DNA of 32,000 nt from Candidatus Saganbacteria bacterium (GTDB lineage Bacteria; Margulisbacteria; WOR-1; JAKLHX01): positions 29,104-61,103 of the forward strand of contig JAPLKZ010000006.1 in assembly GCA_026387835.1 (NCBI GenBank), in the 5' to 3' direction. Below, piece by piece: positions 7,935 through 16,653 of this stretch (position 1 is the stretch's first letter; every line of letters begins with the position of its first letter). The notes under the pieces are model-generated. The model worked only from the letters and a program-made list of their open reading frames with translations, searched no databases and was not told the origin of the DNA. Made by a program: the position numbers and the translations under genes.

Positions 7935-9932
7935 TTATTTTCCGGTCCTGCCGGCAAGGTCGGTACCTGCAAGAGCAAGATTGTCTCTGATAGAAACGGT
8001 CAGGCTTCCGATCCTGTCCGCAAGTTCAGGGGAATTCTGCATCGCGGTTTTATTAAGGCCGGTAATAGCGGCCTGAGTATCCGAAAAGTCTTCCCCGATG
8101 GTCCCGGTCAATCCATCATCTGATATCGCGCTTGCTTTTATAGCTTTTTGCAGACATTCTATCGCGCCGTTCACCAGCCTGCGGCCGTCTTTTTGCCAGC
8201 GCACCCCGTTTTGCGGAAAGAACCTTCTTTGAGCGTCATTAAGCTGATCAATGATTTCACCTGCGTTTTGTAACGTAAACGCGGCTCCGGTTTTTGCAAC
8301 CGCGGATCTTATCAGTTGCGTGATCCAGCTTTCATTTTTTACATATTCTCTTGCCAATAATACGTTCAGGAAACCTTTTGCAGAATTTATACAATATGAG
8401 ATATAATCTTCTCTGCCTTTTGATGCGGATCTTCTTGAAGTTGAAAGCATCTCCGCGATCACCGTCTGTTTGTCGAGAAGTCTCCGCCATTCAAACAGCA
8501 GAGCCCTGTCCCTTTGTTCAAGAACAGAGGCGATCGAGGCATCGATCTCCGCCAGCATTTTTGTATTTGCGTCTATCCTTTGCCTGGCCCGGTTGTATCC
8601 ATAGTATGTAGTCTTAGGTAAGCTGCGCACAGCCCTGTCCAGGATATTGCGCGATCCCCTGTAATTTCTTTCCGCAGGATCAGCGGGCGAGAGCATCTCT
8701 AGAGCTCTTTGTACTGTATCGGAAAGATAATCATGTCTTTGTCTGTCCCTTTCCCTGAACCAGAACAGGGAGGCATATTTTCTTTGAAGGTGGCGGACAA
8801 TGTCCGATGTTTCGCGCCTTCTGCTGGCCAGGTGCGCTTTTGCCGTATCCAGATTATCGATAGCGGTCTTTTGCGGGACAAGATATACCCGGTCCGGCGG
8901 AACGTAGCAATTGAGCGCTCTTAAAGCGGCTTCGGCCCTGAACGCCGCCCTGATCTTGTAATGGGCCTGAATACGCCCTCTTCCGATATCACCCAGGATA
9001 TCGTACATCCTGTCCAAAAGGGGACCAACCTGCTCCCATTGAAGGCATGTTTTGTCTCTCACGGCCTCATCTATGACAGAGATCATTTCTGTCATCTGCC
9101 GCGTGTACCCGTCAGCCACGTCCTTTCGGTCCGTGTCTTCACTGTCGATCGCATGGACCAGGGAACGCATGGCGGTATCAACAGAAGCGTGCTTTGTGTC
9201 TTTTCCGCGGAATAATTTTGTAACGGAACCGTCATAAGGACTTATTCCGATCCCGAGGTCATGAGGCTGCAGGGTGATCTGCTCTGCCCCGTAAGAAGTT
9301 CGTCCCCGTACCGCAGTAAAGCCTCTTAATCTATAATCAGTAGCGATATGCAGCATAAATGTATCCACCTCGGCGTCAAGACAGGGTAATAACTGTCCTA
9401 TTTTCCCCGCATCCTGCCTTGTCGGCCTGGACGGCAGTGAAGCTTGGATCTTTTCTATGATATCTCCGGAAAGAAATCCGCATATTGGTCTGTCCAAAAG
9501 AGCGTTCATATAATTCCTTGCCTGTTCAAATTTTCCGGAGAGTTCTTCATCGATCAGGCGGATGAGCGTATCTTCGGCGAACTCGCGCGTTTCTGCCAGG
9601 AGCGGAAGAAAGGCTTTGCGCTGCCTCCGGGCGGCTTCCACTTCTTCCTGCATGTCTTCCAATTCATCGAAAAAGCTGTCCGACACCGGGATAAATTCCA
9701 GGACCTCCCTCCTGATGCCGTCCGCGAAGCCGGAGCTGAAAGCGAAAGAGCAGTTCCTGCAAAGGTTCTGTCTTTTCATCGCGAGAACATCTATCAGCGC
9801 GGCTGATTGTTCCAGCCTGTCGATCGAATCGTTCAAGAAAGACGCGACTTCGCGGTTTGTCGCGCGGAAAGCCCCGTGCCGCGGCAAGGCCCGCGCCGGC
9901 AAAACACAGGAGCGTGTTGCTGAAATGCTCAT
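7935..9932 (-). CDS. Hypothetical protein, 665 aa, Arg-rich, no family recognised
   Basis: Uninterrupted 1998-nt ORF, co-directional with its neighbours and 54 nt downstream of orf497. I could find no Walker, nuclease, RT, recombinase or TM/signal motif. No SD; the leader is AT-rich. Confidence 0.65.
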   Translation of the reverse strand: MSISATRSCVLPARALPRHGAFRATNREVASFLNDSIDRLEQSAALIDVLAMKRQNLCRNCSFAFSSGFADGIRREVLEFIPVSDSFFDELEDMQEEVEAARRQRKAFLPLLAETREFAEDTLIRLIDEELSGKFEQARNYMNALLDRPICGFLSGDIIEKIQASLPSRPTRQDAGKIGQLLPCLDAEVDTFMLHIATDYRLRGFTAVRGRTSYGAEQITLQPHDLGIGISPYDGSVTKLFRGKDTKHASVDTAMRSLVHAIDSEDTDRKDVADGYTRQMTEMISVIDEAVRDKTCLQWEQVGPLLDRMYDILGDIGRGRIQAHYKIRAAFRAEAALRALNCYVPPDRVYLVPQKTAIDNLDTAKAHLASRRRETSDIVRHLQRKYASLFWFRERDRQRHDYLSDTVQRALEMLSPADPAERNYRGSRNILDRAVRSLPKTTYYGYNRARQRIDANTKMLAEIDASIASVLEQRDRALLFEWRRLLDKQTVIAEMLSTSRRSASKGREDYISYCINSAKGFLNVLLAREYVKNESWITQLIRSAVAKTGAAFTLQNAGEIIDQLNDAQRRFFPQNGVRWQKDGRRLVNGAIECLQKAIKASAISDDGLTGTIGEDFSDTQAAITGLNKTAMQNSPELADRIGSLTVSIRDNLALAGTDLAGRTGK

Positions 9933-9986
9933 ATTTATATATCGACGGTTATATGAGAAATTTCAGATATACTTCGGATTTTTTCT

Positions 9987-11480
9987 TCAACTTAGTATTT
10001 TCTTCAATATCGCGTCGGCCGCTCTTATCTTTGTAGGGAAAATTGTTCTTGCAAGTTCTTCGGTGAGGCTCCCTTGAGCCCTTCTAACCGCGCCAAGGAC
10101 AGCAGTTTTTACACATTCCGGACCTGAATAGTCCTTGAATAAATCCCACTCTTTCACTATCCTTATTAAAGATAGTGTCTCTTCTGTACTGAGGCCGCTT
10201 TTACGCTGCAGCAATCCCAATGTTTTTTTTGCAAAAGGGTGATAGTCACAGTGAGGACATCTTTTGCCTTTCAGCTCAGCGTAAGTACCCCCCTCGCTTA
10301 AGGGCATTTCAAACGGATTGATCTTGTCTTTTTCCAGCAGGGCCGTTAATAATCCGGGATACTGCGCTGCTTTTTTTATCATAGCGGCCCTGACCTCACG
10401 GATCGATCTGCTAAAAAAACAGCAGAAATTATCAAAATATTGCGAAATATCCTCAGGGGTCATCCTGTTGAAAATTCTCTTGACAGCATATTCAGAAAGC
10501 GGGAACCTTTTGGAACATACCCGGTTTTCGATCACCGGCGAATCAAGCACGAAATCTCTCAGCGTTTGATGATCAGTTCCAGGATGTCTGATAATACTTT
10601 CAAGGACTTTTGATCCGTTGTCATTTCCGAAACTAAAAAATGAGTGATCCCTTATCCTTCCCCGAAAAACCTCGTACAACCAATGGAGTTCCTGACTTGT
10701 CAGACAGTCTTTCAGCTTTTCGTAGGCAGGAAGGCAGGATCTTACTGAATTTGCGAATATCATAATCACGGACCGCCTGGGCAGATCCTCAAGGCCCAAA
10801 AGCGCGCCGGAGAACGGATCAATGCCGGCATGGGAAAAGTCTTCTTCCCTGACAAAACCGCACTTTAGACAATGGCGATAGTAATACATGACGGAAAGCG
10901 TATTGAGCCCGAACTTTGTCGCGGCTTTTGCGGTCTCATTTTCAAGGCCGGCCCCGGAGGTCAATGCCCCCTCTATTTTATCCCTGCACGCTCTAACTTT
11001 TCTAAGCTGTGCGGACGGATCGGTGATCGTAAAAGGTATTTGGTCTTCGACGAAGCTTGCGTCTTCAGAAGATAATTGCCGTTTGGCATCTGCCGGTCTG
11101 CTTTTAAGTATAAATCCCAACGTGTCCGACACTTCTGCGGCAGTTGACCGCCCAAACATGACGCTGACTACGCCCGATGATAAGAGGCCGGTCCTTATTG
11201 CTTTAAATTTATTTGGCACTATTCTACTGCCCGAATTTCCTGCAGCAACAAAGCAGAATTCGCTGCGAGCATCAAGATTCGAGACAAACATGCTCGGCAG
11301 CGGCTTTAAAGTGGCAAATCCCGCGGTAACATCCGGCATTATTGACGCGCGCGCTATCGTTCTGGATACCGCCGAGATCTCGGACTGCGAAGGACGGTCC
11401 CTTCTGCTGTTGCGTCCCGTGAGCGCGCTTTTGCGCAATTGCATTTCAAACGGTGCCGCATATTTTATCTGGACTATCAC
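9987..11480 (-). CDS. Hypothetical protein, 497 aa, two distant CxxC pairs, no family recognised
   Basis: Uninterrupted ORF with an uncertain GTG start (alternative ATG at 11444). CLKC at aa 204-207 and CPHC at aa 408-411 suggest metal binding. No other motif recognised. Confidence 0.65.
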   Translation of the reverse strand: MIVQIKYAAPFEMQLRKSALTGRNSRRDRPSQSEISAVSRTIARASIMPDVTAGFATLKPLPSMFVSNLDARSEFCFVAAGNSGSRIVPNKFKAIRTGLLSSGVVSVMFGRSTAAEVSDTLGFILKSRPADAKRQLSSEDASFVEDQIPFTITDPSAQLRKVRACRDKIEGALTSGAGLENETAKAATKFGLNTLSVMYYYRHCLKCGFVREEDFSHAGIDPFSGALLGLEDLPRRSVIMIFANSVRSCLPAYEKLKDCLTSQELHWLYEVFRGRIRDHSFFSFGNDNGSKVLESIIRHPGTDHQTLRDFVLDSPVIENRVCSKRFPLSEYAVKRIFNRMTPEDISQYFDNFCCFFSRSIREVRAAMIKKAAQYPGLLTALLEKDKINPFEMPLSEGGTYAELKGKRCPHCDYHPFAKKTLGLLQRKSGLSTEETLSLIRIVKEWDLFKDYSGPECVKTAVLGAVRRAQGSLTEELARTIFPTKIRAADAILKKILS

Positions 11481-11549
11481 GAAGTGTTATCGAACAGAAA
11501 AAGACGGAATTTCAGCACTTCTTACTATTTATTTTGCGCAGCAAATCAA

Positions 11550-11632
11550 CTGCCGTCGGGGAGAGTCGAACTCCCAAGGGTTGCCCCACACGATCCTGAG
11601 TCGTGCGCGTATGCCAATTCCGCCACGACGGC
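11550..11632 (-). tRNA. tRNA-Leu (anticodon CAG)
   Basis: Manual fold: acceptor GCCGTCG/CGACGGC, anticodon stem CACGA/TCGTG with loop CTCAGGA, 13-nt variable arm, T arm GGGAG-TTCGACT-CTCCC. Confidence 0.85.
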
Positions 11633-11638
11633 TAATTA

Positions 11639-11722
11639 TGCCGGAGGGGAGAATCGAACTCCCACGCCCTTGCGGACTCGCGATTTTGAGTCGCGCGCGT
11701 CTGCCAGTTCCGCCACTCCGGC
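11639..11722 (-). tRNA. tRNA-Leu (anticodon CAA)
   Basis: Manual fold: acceptor GCCGGAG/CTCCGGC, anticodon stem CGCGA/TCGCG with loop CTCAAAA, long variable arm, T arm GGGAG-TTCGATT-CTCCC. Confidence 0.85.
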
Positions 11723-11749
11723 GTGAAGCTCATCCCTTCTCATAGTTCT

Positions 11750-12712
11750 CTATTCAAGGAACTCGCCCATTTGCCTGAATTTTTGATACCTGTCATTAAG
11801 TATATCAGCAGGAGACAGCTTCAGCAGTTCCGCAAGATGCTTCCGAAGAGAAGCTTTAATATTGTCAGCGGCAGCCTGATAATCGTTATGGGCTCCTCCG
11901 AGCGGTTCCTTTATGATCTCATCAATAACGCCCAATTTGTAAAGGTCTTTAGACGTGATCTTCATATTGTCCGCGGCTTCAGCGGACCTTTTCGAGTCCC
12001 TGAAAAGTATCGACGCGCAGCCTTCCGGGGAAATGACGGAATAAATGGAGTACTCGAGCATGAGGACTTTATTGCCGATGCCGATCCCGAGCGCGCCTCC
12101 GCTGCCTCCTTCACCGGTGATGACGACTATTATCGGGACCTTTAACCGGATCATCTCCCTCAGGTTCTTTGCAATAGCTTCGGCCTGGCCTCTTTCCTCG
12201 GCATCTATTCCCGGATAAGCACCCGGAGTGTCCACGAAAGTGATTATGGGCCTGTTGAACCTGTCAGCCAGTCTCATAAGACGGAGCGCTTTCCTGTAGC
12301 CCTCCGGGTGAGCCATGCCAAAACATCTCGCGATATTATCTTTTGTGGATTTACCCTTCTGGTGCCCGATGGCCATGACAAGATCCCCGTTGAATTTCGC
12401 GAACCCTCCGATGATGGCTTTATCATCGGCAAAGTTCCTGTCGCCGTGAAGCTCCGTGAAATCATCGAAGATAAGCCCCAGATAATCCTGCGTGGTAGGC
12501 CGCTGGAGGTGCCTAGCGACAGCGACTATCTGGTTGGGAGTAAGACTGGAAAATATATCGCGGCGGAGGTTGTTGATCCTCTCTTCCATGACGCGGGTCT
12601 CTTTGCTCATATCTATATCGCCGCCCTTCGCGAGCTTTTTAAGCTCCTCGATCTTTTTATAAAGGTCGGCGACCGGTTTTTCGAACGGCAGCAGATGTTT
12701 TGTTTCCAGCAT
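11750..12712 (-). CDS. accA: Acetyl-CoA carboxylase carboxyltransferase alpha subunit
   Basis: 320 aa with AccA hallmarks (RP.T.DY...F.ELHGDR.F.DD.AI.GG, FVDTPGAYPG..AEERGQAEAIA). Confidence 0.93.
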   Translation of the reverse strand: MLETKHLLPFEKPVADLYKKIEELKKLAKGGDIDMSKETRVMEERINNLRRDIFSSLTPNQIVAVARHLQRPTTQDYLGLIFDDFTELHGDRNFADDKAIIGGFAKFNGDLVMAIGHQKGKSTKDNIARCFGMAHPEGYRKALRLMRLADRFNRPIITFVDTPGAYPGIDAEERGQAEAIAKNLREMIRLKVPIIVVITGEGGSGGALGIGIGNKVLMLEYSIYSVISPEGCASILFRDSKRSAEAADNMKITSKDLYKLGVIDEIIKEPLGGAHNDYQAAADNIKASLRKHLAELLKLSPADILNDRYQKFRQMGEFLE

Positions 12713-12721
12713 TATCTATCC

Positions 12722-13579
12722 TTAGAACCCGAACCAGGCCAGGCATTTTACGACAGTATCTTTCAGGTCTTTCCTCTCGACGACCATGTCGACCATCCCG
12801 TGGTCAAGAAGGTATTCCGCCCGCTGAAATCCGGGCGGAAGCTTTTGTCTGATCGTCTGCTCGATCACCCTTTGTCCGGCAAAACCGATCAGGGCGTTCG
12901 GCTCCGCGATATTGATATCTCCGAGCATCGCGTAGCTTGCCGAGACACCCCCGGTGGTCGGATCCGCCAGTATACTGATGTAGGGAAGGCCCGCTTCCCT
13001 CAATTTTGCCAGCGCGCCCGAAGTCTTTGCCATCTGCATCAGGGACATTATGCCTTCCTGCATCCTTGCGCCTCCGGAGGTGGAGACGATGATCACCGGC
13101 AAATTCAGCCCAACGGCCCTCTCGACAGCCCTTGTTATCTTTTCGCCGACAACGGACCCCATACTTCCCCCCATGAACGAAAAGTCCATAATGCCTGCCA
13201 CGACATGTTTTCCCTTCATCGTGCCTTCGCCGGTCACAACGGCCTCGTTAAGAGATGTTTTTTTCTCGTAATCTTTTATCCTCTGTCCGTACGGGATCGT
13301 ATCGACAAAATGAAGGAAATCCGTCGAGTGCATTCCAATGTCATAAGGGGAAAAGCTGGCCTCGTCCATCAGCATCGAGATGCGTTCCTTTGAGGAAAGC
13401 TTGAAATGGTACCCGCATTTAGGGCAGACTTTCAGGCTGCTCTCGAGGTCCTTATTGTACAGGGTCTCGCCGCATTTGAAGCATTTGACCCACAGATTGC
13501 CGGGAATATCCTGCTTCTCGGCCTTGTATTCCAGGGCCTTTTCCTGCTTTTTCTTTTGTATCCAATCACCGATCGCCAT
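12722..13579 (-). CDS. accD: Acetyl-CoA carboxylase carboxyltransferase beta subunit
   Basis: 285 aa with the N-terminal Zn ribbon CFKCGETL...CPKCGYH and the carboxyltransferase core (MGGSMGSVVGEKI, SGGARMQEG). Confidence 0.93.
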   Translation of the reverse strand: MAIGDWIQKKKQEKALEYKAEKQDIPGNLWVKCFKCGETLYNKDLESSLKVCPKCGYHFKLSSKERISMLMDEASFSPYDIGMHSTDFLHFVDTIPYGQRIKDYEKKTSLNEAVVTGEGTMKGKHVVAGIMDFSFMGGSMGSVVGEKITRAVERAVGLNLPVIIVSTSGGARMQEGIMSLMQMAKTSGALAKLREAGLPYISILADPTTGGVSASYAMLGDINIAEPNALIGFAGQRVIEQTIRQKLPPGFQRAEYLLDHGMVDMVVERKDLKDTVVKCLAWFGF

Positions 13580-13636
13580 ATTGCACGCACCTTTTAATGT
13601 ATGTTATTATAACATGTAGGAAAGAGGCAGGAAAAA

Positions 13637-13903
13637 TTGGCCAACATAAAGTCCGCTATAAAGAGGATAAAGATCTCCAGGCGCAATGAGGCAAAGAACA
13701 AGACCGTAAAATCAGCCTTGAGGTCCGCCGTTAGAAAAGCAAAATCGCTGATCGGCCTGAAAAAAGACGAAGCGCAGAAAGCTGTGCTTGAAGCGATAAA
13801 AAAGATAGATAAATCAGTTTCCAAAGGTGTCGTGCACAAAAAGACGGCATCGCGCAAAAAGTCGAGACTGATGAAATTATTCAACAAAAGCAAGGCGGTC
13901 TGA
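13637..13903 (+). CDS. rpsT: 30S ribosomal protein S20
   Basis: 88 aa with the N-terminus MANIKSAIKRIK...RN...N. TTG start with an AGGAAAGAGG SD. Confidence 0.9.
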   Translation: MANIKSAIKRIKISRRNEAKNKTVKSALRSAVRKAKSLIGLKKDEAQKAVLEAIKKIDKSVSKGVVHKKTASRKKSRLMKLFNKSKAV

Positions 13904-14529
13904 TGTTCTTCAACTTCCTCCCGAGAGAAGAAAAATACTTCGAGATGTTCGAGCGCGCGTCCGAGAACGTGATCGTGACAGCCGCTCAATTCCGGGACCT
14001 GCTCAAGAACTACACTGATGTCGAGAAAAAAGTAAGGGATATCGAAGAACTCGAGCATGAAGGCGATATCATCACGCACGAGATATTTGACAAGCTCAAC
14101 AGGACTTTTATCACTCCGATAGACAGGGAGGACATCCATTCTCTTGCGAGCGAACTGGACGATGTGCTGGACTTTGTAAAAGCATCTTCCGACAGGCTGC
14201 TCCTGTATAATATCAAAAAGCCGACCGACGAATCGATCGATCAGGCGGAAACGCTGGTGAAGATATCGATAGAGACGTCAAAAGCCATAAAAAGCCTCCG
14301 GGATATGAAGCATTCGCACAGGATACATGAATACTGCATAGAGATAAACAGCCTTGAGAACGTGGGCGACAATATTTTGAAGAACGCGATAGCAAAATTG
14401 TTCAACGACAACTTGAACCCTCTTGACGTGATCAAGTGGAAAGAGATCTATGAAAATATCGAAAGCGCCATAGATATGTGCGAAAGCGTTGCCAACACCA
14501 TAGGCGCGATACTCGCGAAAAATGCTTAG
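13903..14529 (+). CDS. DUF47/PhoU-like protein (Pit accessory family, TIGR00153-like)
   Basis: 208 aa with the N-terminus FLPREEKYFEMFE and an all-helical profile. TGATG overlap with rpsT and an 8-nt overlap with the downstream Pit gene, the usual pairing for this family. Confidence 0.8.
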   Translation: MFFNFLPREEKYFEMFERASENVIVTAAQFRDLLKNYTDVEKKVRDIEELEHEGDIITHEIFDKLNRTFITPIDREDIHSLASELDDVLDFVKASSDRLLLYNIKKPTDESIDQAETLVKISIETSKAIKSLRDMKHSHRIHEYCIEINSLENVGDNILKNAIAKLFNDNLNPLDVIKWKEIYENIESAIDMCESVANTIGAILAKNA

Positions 14530-15520
14530 TTTCACTTTTATCGCTGTCTGCGCGATAATATTCCTCGCTCTTATATTTGATTTTATCAACGGATTCCATG
14601 ATGCCGCGAATTCGATCGCAACCGTAGTTTCGACAAGGGTTTTATCGCCAAAAATAGCGGTGATCTGGGCGGCATTTTTTAATTTTTTGGCGGCTTTTAT
14701 TTTCGGGCTTGCGGTTGCAACGACGATCGGAAAAGGGGTCATCGATCCAAGCTCCGTAACCATAAAGGTCATCGCGGCGGGACTTGTGGGCGCGGTAATA
14801 TGGGACCTGATAACATGGTATTTCGGGCTTCCCACAAGTTCTTCACACGCTTTGATAGGCGGGTTCGCGGGAGCCGCGGTAATAAGGAGCGGCTGGTCAG
14901 TAATAATCGTCCCGGGCCTTTTAAAGATAATCCTTTTTATATTTATTGCACCGTTATTAGGTTTTATACTCGGGTATCTGTTCATGCTCGCGGTCTACTG
15001 GCTTTTCAGGAACGCTTCCCCCCAAAGACTTGATTCCGGTTTCCGCAGGATGCAGCTTATCTCGGCAGCCGCATACAGCCTGGGCCACGGCGGAAATGAC
15101 GCGCAGAAAACAATGGGCATAATCGCGGTATTATTATTTACGACGGGTTATCTGGGGCATTCTTTTTATATCCCGATATGGGTCGTATTTGCCTGCTATA
15201 TATCTATCGCACTCGGCACGTTTTTTGGCGGATGGCGTATCGTTAAGACGATGGGGACAAAAATAACAAAACTAAGGCCGGTCGGAGGTTTTTGCGCGGA
15301 AACAGCCGGAGCTATAACATTATTTGTTTCCACTCATTTTGGTATCCCGGTCAGCACGACGCACACGATAACGGGTTCCATAATGGGTGTCGGATCCACA
15401 AAAGGCATCAATTCCGTAAAATGGGGAGTGGCAGGCAGCATCTTATGGGCATGGCTGCTCACGATACCGGCTTCGGCGATAATAGCGATGGGAGCGTATT
15501 TGGCATTAAGGCTGATCTGA
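14522..15520 (+). CDS. pit: Inorganic phosphate transporter, PiT (PHO4) family
   Basis: 332 aa polytopic membrane protein. The duplicated PiT signatures are FINGFHDAANSIATVVSTR and GIPVSTTHTITGSIMGVG. Confidence 0.9.
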   Translation: MLSFTFIAVCAIIFLALIFDFINGFHDAANSIATVVSTRVLSPKIAVIWAAFFNFLAAFIFGLAVATTIGKGVIDPSSVTIKVIAAGLVGAVIWDLITWYFGLPTSSSHALIGGFAGAAVIRSGWSVIIVPGLLKIILFIFIAPLLGFILGYLFMLAVYWLFRNASPQRLDSGFRRMQLISAAAYSLGHGGNDAQKTMGIIAVLLFTTGYLGHSFYIPIWVVFACYISIALGTFFGGWRIVKTMGTKITKLRPVGGFCAETAGAITLFVSTHFGIPVSTTHTITGSIMGVGSTKGINSVKWGVAGSILWAWLLTIPASAIIAMGAYLALRLI

Positions 15521-15536
15521 CGAACAATCAAATTAC

Positions 15537-16346
15537 ATGTCTTCAATTATTTTAAAATCATACGCAAAAATAAATCTTTCCCTAAAGGTCCTCGGACTTC
15601 GTCCGGATGGTTTCCACGAAATTGAAAGCGTAATGCAGAACGTGAGCCTGTTTGATGAAGTTTCGATCGAAGACACAGAAAAAGACATACATATTTCCTG
15701 TTCAGACCCGTCTACCCCTATAAATGAAAAGAACATCTGCTATAAAGCCGCTTTGTCTGTCATCAAATCAAAAAAGATCAATAAAGGATTAAAGATACAT
15801 ATAAAAAAGAATATCCCGTCGGGTGCAGGCCTTGGCGGAGGAAGCTCCGATGCCGCAGCCGTGATAATTGGACTCAATAAGATGTGGGATTTGAAGATGA
15901 CGGAAAAGGAAATGGTAAATATTGCTGCAGAATCGGGATCCGATGTGCCGTTCTTTATTGTCGGGGGAAAAGCTCTTGTAAAGGGGAGAGGGGAGATCAT
16001 TGAGAAGATACCGGACCCTAAAGTTCAATATTATGTAATAATCAAACCCGATGTTTCCATCCCGACAAAATGGGCGTATGAGGAATGGGATAAACAAAAT
16101 TCAAAATCTCAAAATGATCTTGAGACTGTGGTAATTTCAAAATATCCCATCATAGAAAAGATCAAAACAGACTTGATCAAAGCAGGTTGTTCGTATTCCC
16201 AAATGACCGGAAGCGGGTCGGCGGTGTTCGGGACTGTAGAGGATGAGAAGAGCGGTAAAAATATTCTAAAAACGATTGATAGTAAATACCCAAAATCTTG
16301 CTTGGTTCACACTGTTAACAGCGGAGTCCAATTCCTCGAGCCTTGA
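15537..16346 (+). CDS. ispE: 4-diphosphocytidyl-2-C-methyl-D-erythritol kinase
   Basis: 269 aa GHMP kinase with KINLSLKVLG.RPDG.HEI.S and the motif IPSGAGLGGGSSDAAAV. Confidence 0.88.
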   Translation: MSSIILKSYAKINLSLKVLGLRPDGFHEIESVMQNVSLFDEVSIEDTEKDIHISCSDPSTPINEKNICYKAALSVIKSKKINKGLKIHIKKNIPSGAGLGGGSSDAAAVIIGLNKMWDLKMTEKEMVNIAAESGSDVPFFIVGGKALVKGRGEIIEKIPDPKVQYYVIIKPDVSIPTKWAYEEWDKQNSKSQNDLETVVISKYPIIEKIKTDLIKAGCSYSQMTGSGSAVFGTVEDEKSGKNILKTIDSKYPKSCLVHTVNSGVQFLEP

Positions 16347-16369
16347 TCAGCCTATCCCTCTCCATTTTA

Positions 16370-16378
16370 TGATATAAA
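16370..16378 (+). promoter_or_regulatory. Candidate extended -10 promoter (TGaTATAAA) for the small-ORF/GT35-like unit
   Basis: TG at 16370-16371 and TATAAA at 16373-16378, 67 nt upstream of the 56-aa ORF and 24 nt after the ispE stop. Confidence 0.3.
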
Positions 16379-16444
16379 GCCAAAAATATATTTAGTGAAA
16401 TTTCGCAAAAAAACCAACGATTATATATTAGGAAGAGAATTACT

Positions 16445-16615
16445 ATGCCACAGATAAGCCAGGCCGGCAGGACCATGCTGAAAGCATGGGTGATGCACCA
16501 GCGGACAATGAAGGGCCTCACACCAGGCGCAAGGCAGTACCGGGTACTGATTGATGCTGACATGGAAAGCGTTTTTTTGCACGCTCCCGAAGCGAAACTT
16601 GCAGAGAAATATTAG
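16445..16615 (+). CDS. Small hypothetical protein, 56 aa (below the ORF-track cutoff)
   Basis: ATG preceded by AGGAAGAG, with the GGAAGA core ending 8 nt upstream. It translates MPQISQAGRTMLKAWVMHQRTMKGLTPGARQYRVLIDADMESVFLHAPEAKLAEKY. It fills an otherwise empty 307-nt gap and ends 38 nt before the next gene. Confidence 0.35.
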   Translation: MPQISQAGRTMLKAWVMHQRTMKGLTPGARQYRVLIDADMESVFLHAPEAKLAEKY

Positions 16616-16653
16616 CATCGCCGTCAGGGCTTAGGAATGCAAATCCCGACGCG

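Noticed and set aside
8733-8750. R-x4-H (RDRQRH) in orf665 as a possible HEPN RNase motif
   Set aside because: The protein is generally Arg-rich, so an Rx4H match is expected by chance. No surrounding HEPN-like helices could be argued from sequence alone.
7781-11549. tRNA-targeted genomic island carrying orf497/orf665
   Set aside because: No integrase, excisionase or transposase is present. I looked for a direct repeat of the tRNA-Leu(CAG) 3' end at the distal boundary and found only GTTCGAC at 7853-7859, in the opposite orientation, which is not significant. Spot GC counts on 60-nt lines gave about 42-55% here, against about 37-50% in the flagellar and murF lines and about 60% in one rarA line. 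I therefore cannot claim a compositional shift without a proper sliding-window calculation.
10888-11745. 285-aa plus-strand ORF
   Set aside because: It reads antisense through orf497 and straight through both tRNA-Leu genes. Ser/Leu/Ala/Arg-rich shadow frame.
12308-13393. 361-aa plus-strand ORF spanning the accA/accD region
   Set aside because: It is antisense to two genes with unmistakable AccA/AccD motifs and crosses their intergenic gap. The product has no motif and a skewed composition rich in Arg, His, Pro, Asp and Leu, typical of a shadow ORF.
13594-14985. Minus-strand ORFs of 181 aa and 235 aa opposite rpsT, DUF47 and pit. Similar long antisense ORFs occur at 4023-4622, 6764-7234, 18244-18816, 26031-26705, 26740-27333 and 30515-31111.
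   Set aside because: Each lies opposite a gene with strong family motifs, lacks an SD and has shadow-frame composition.
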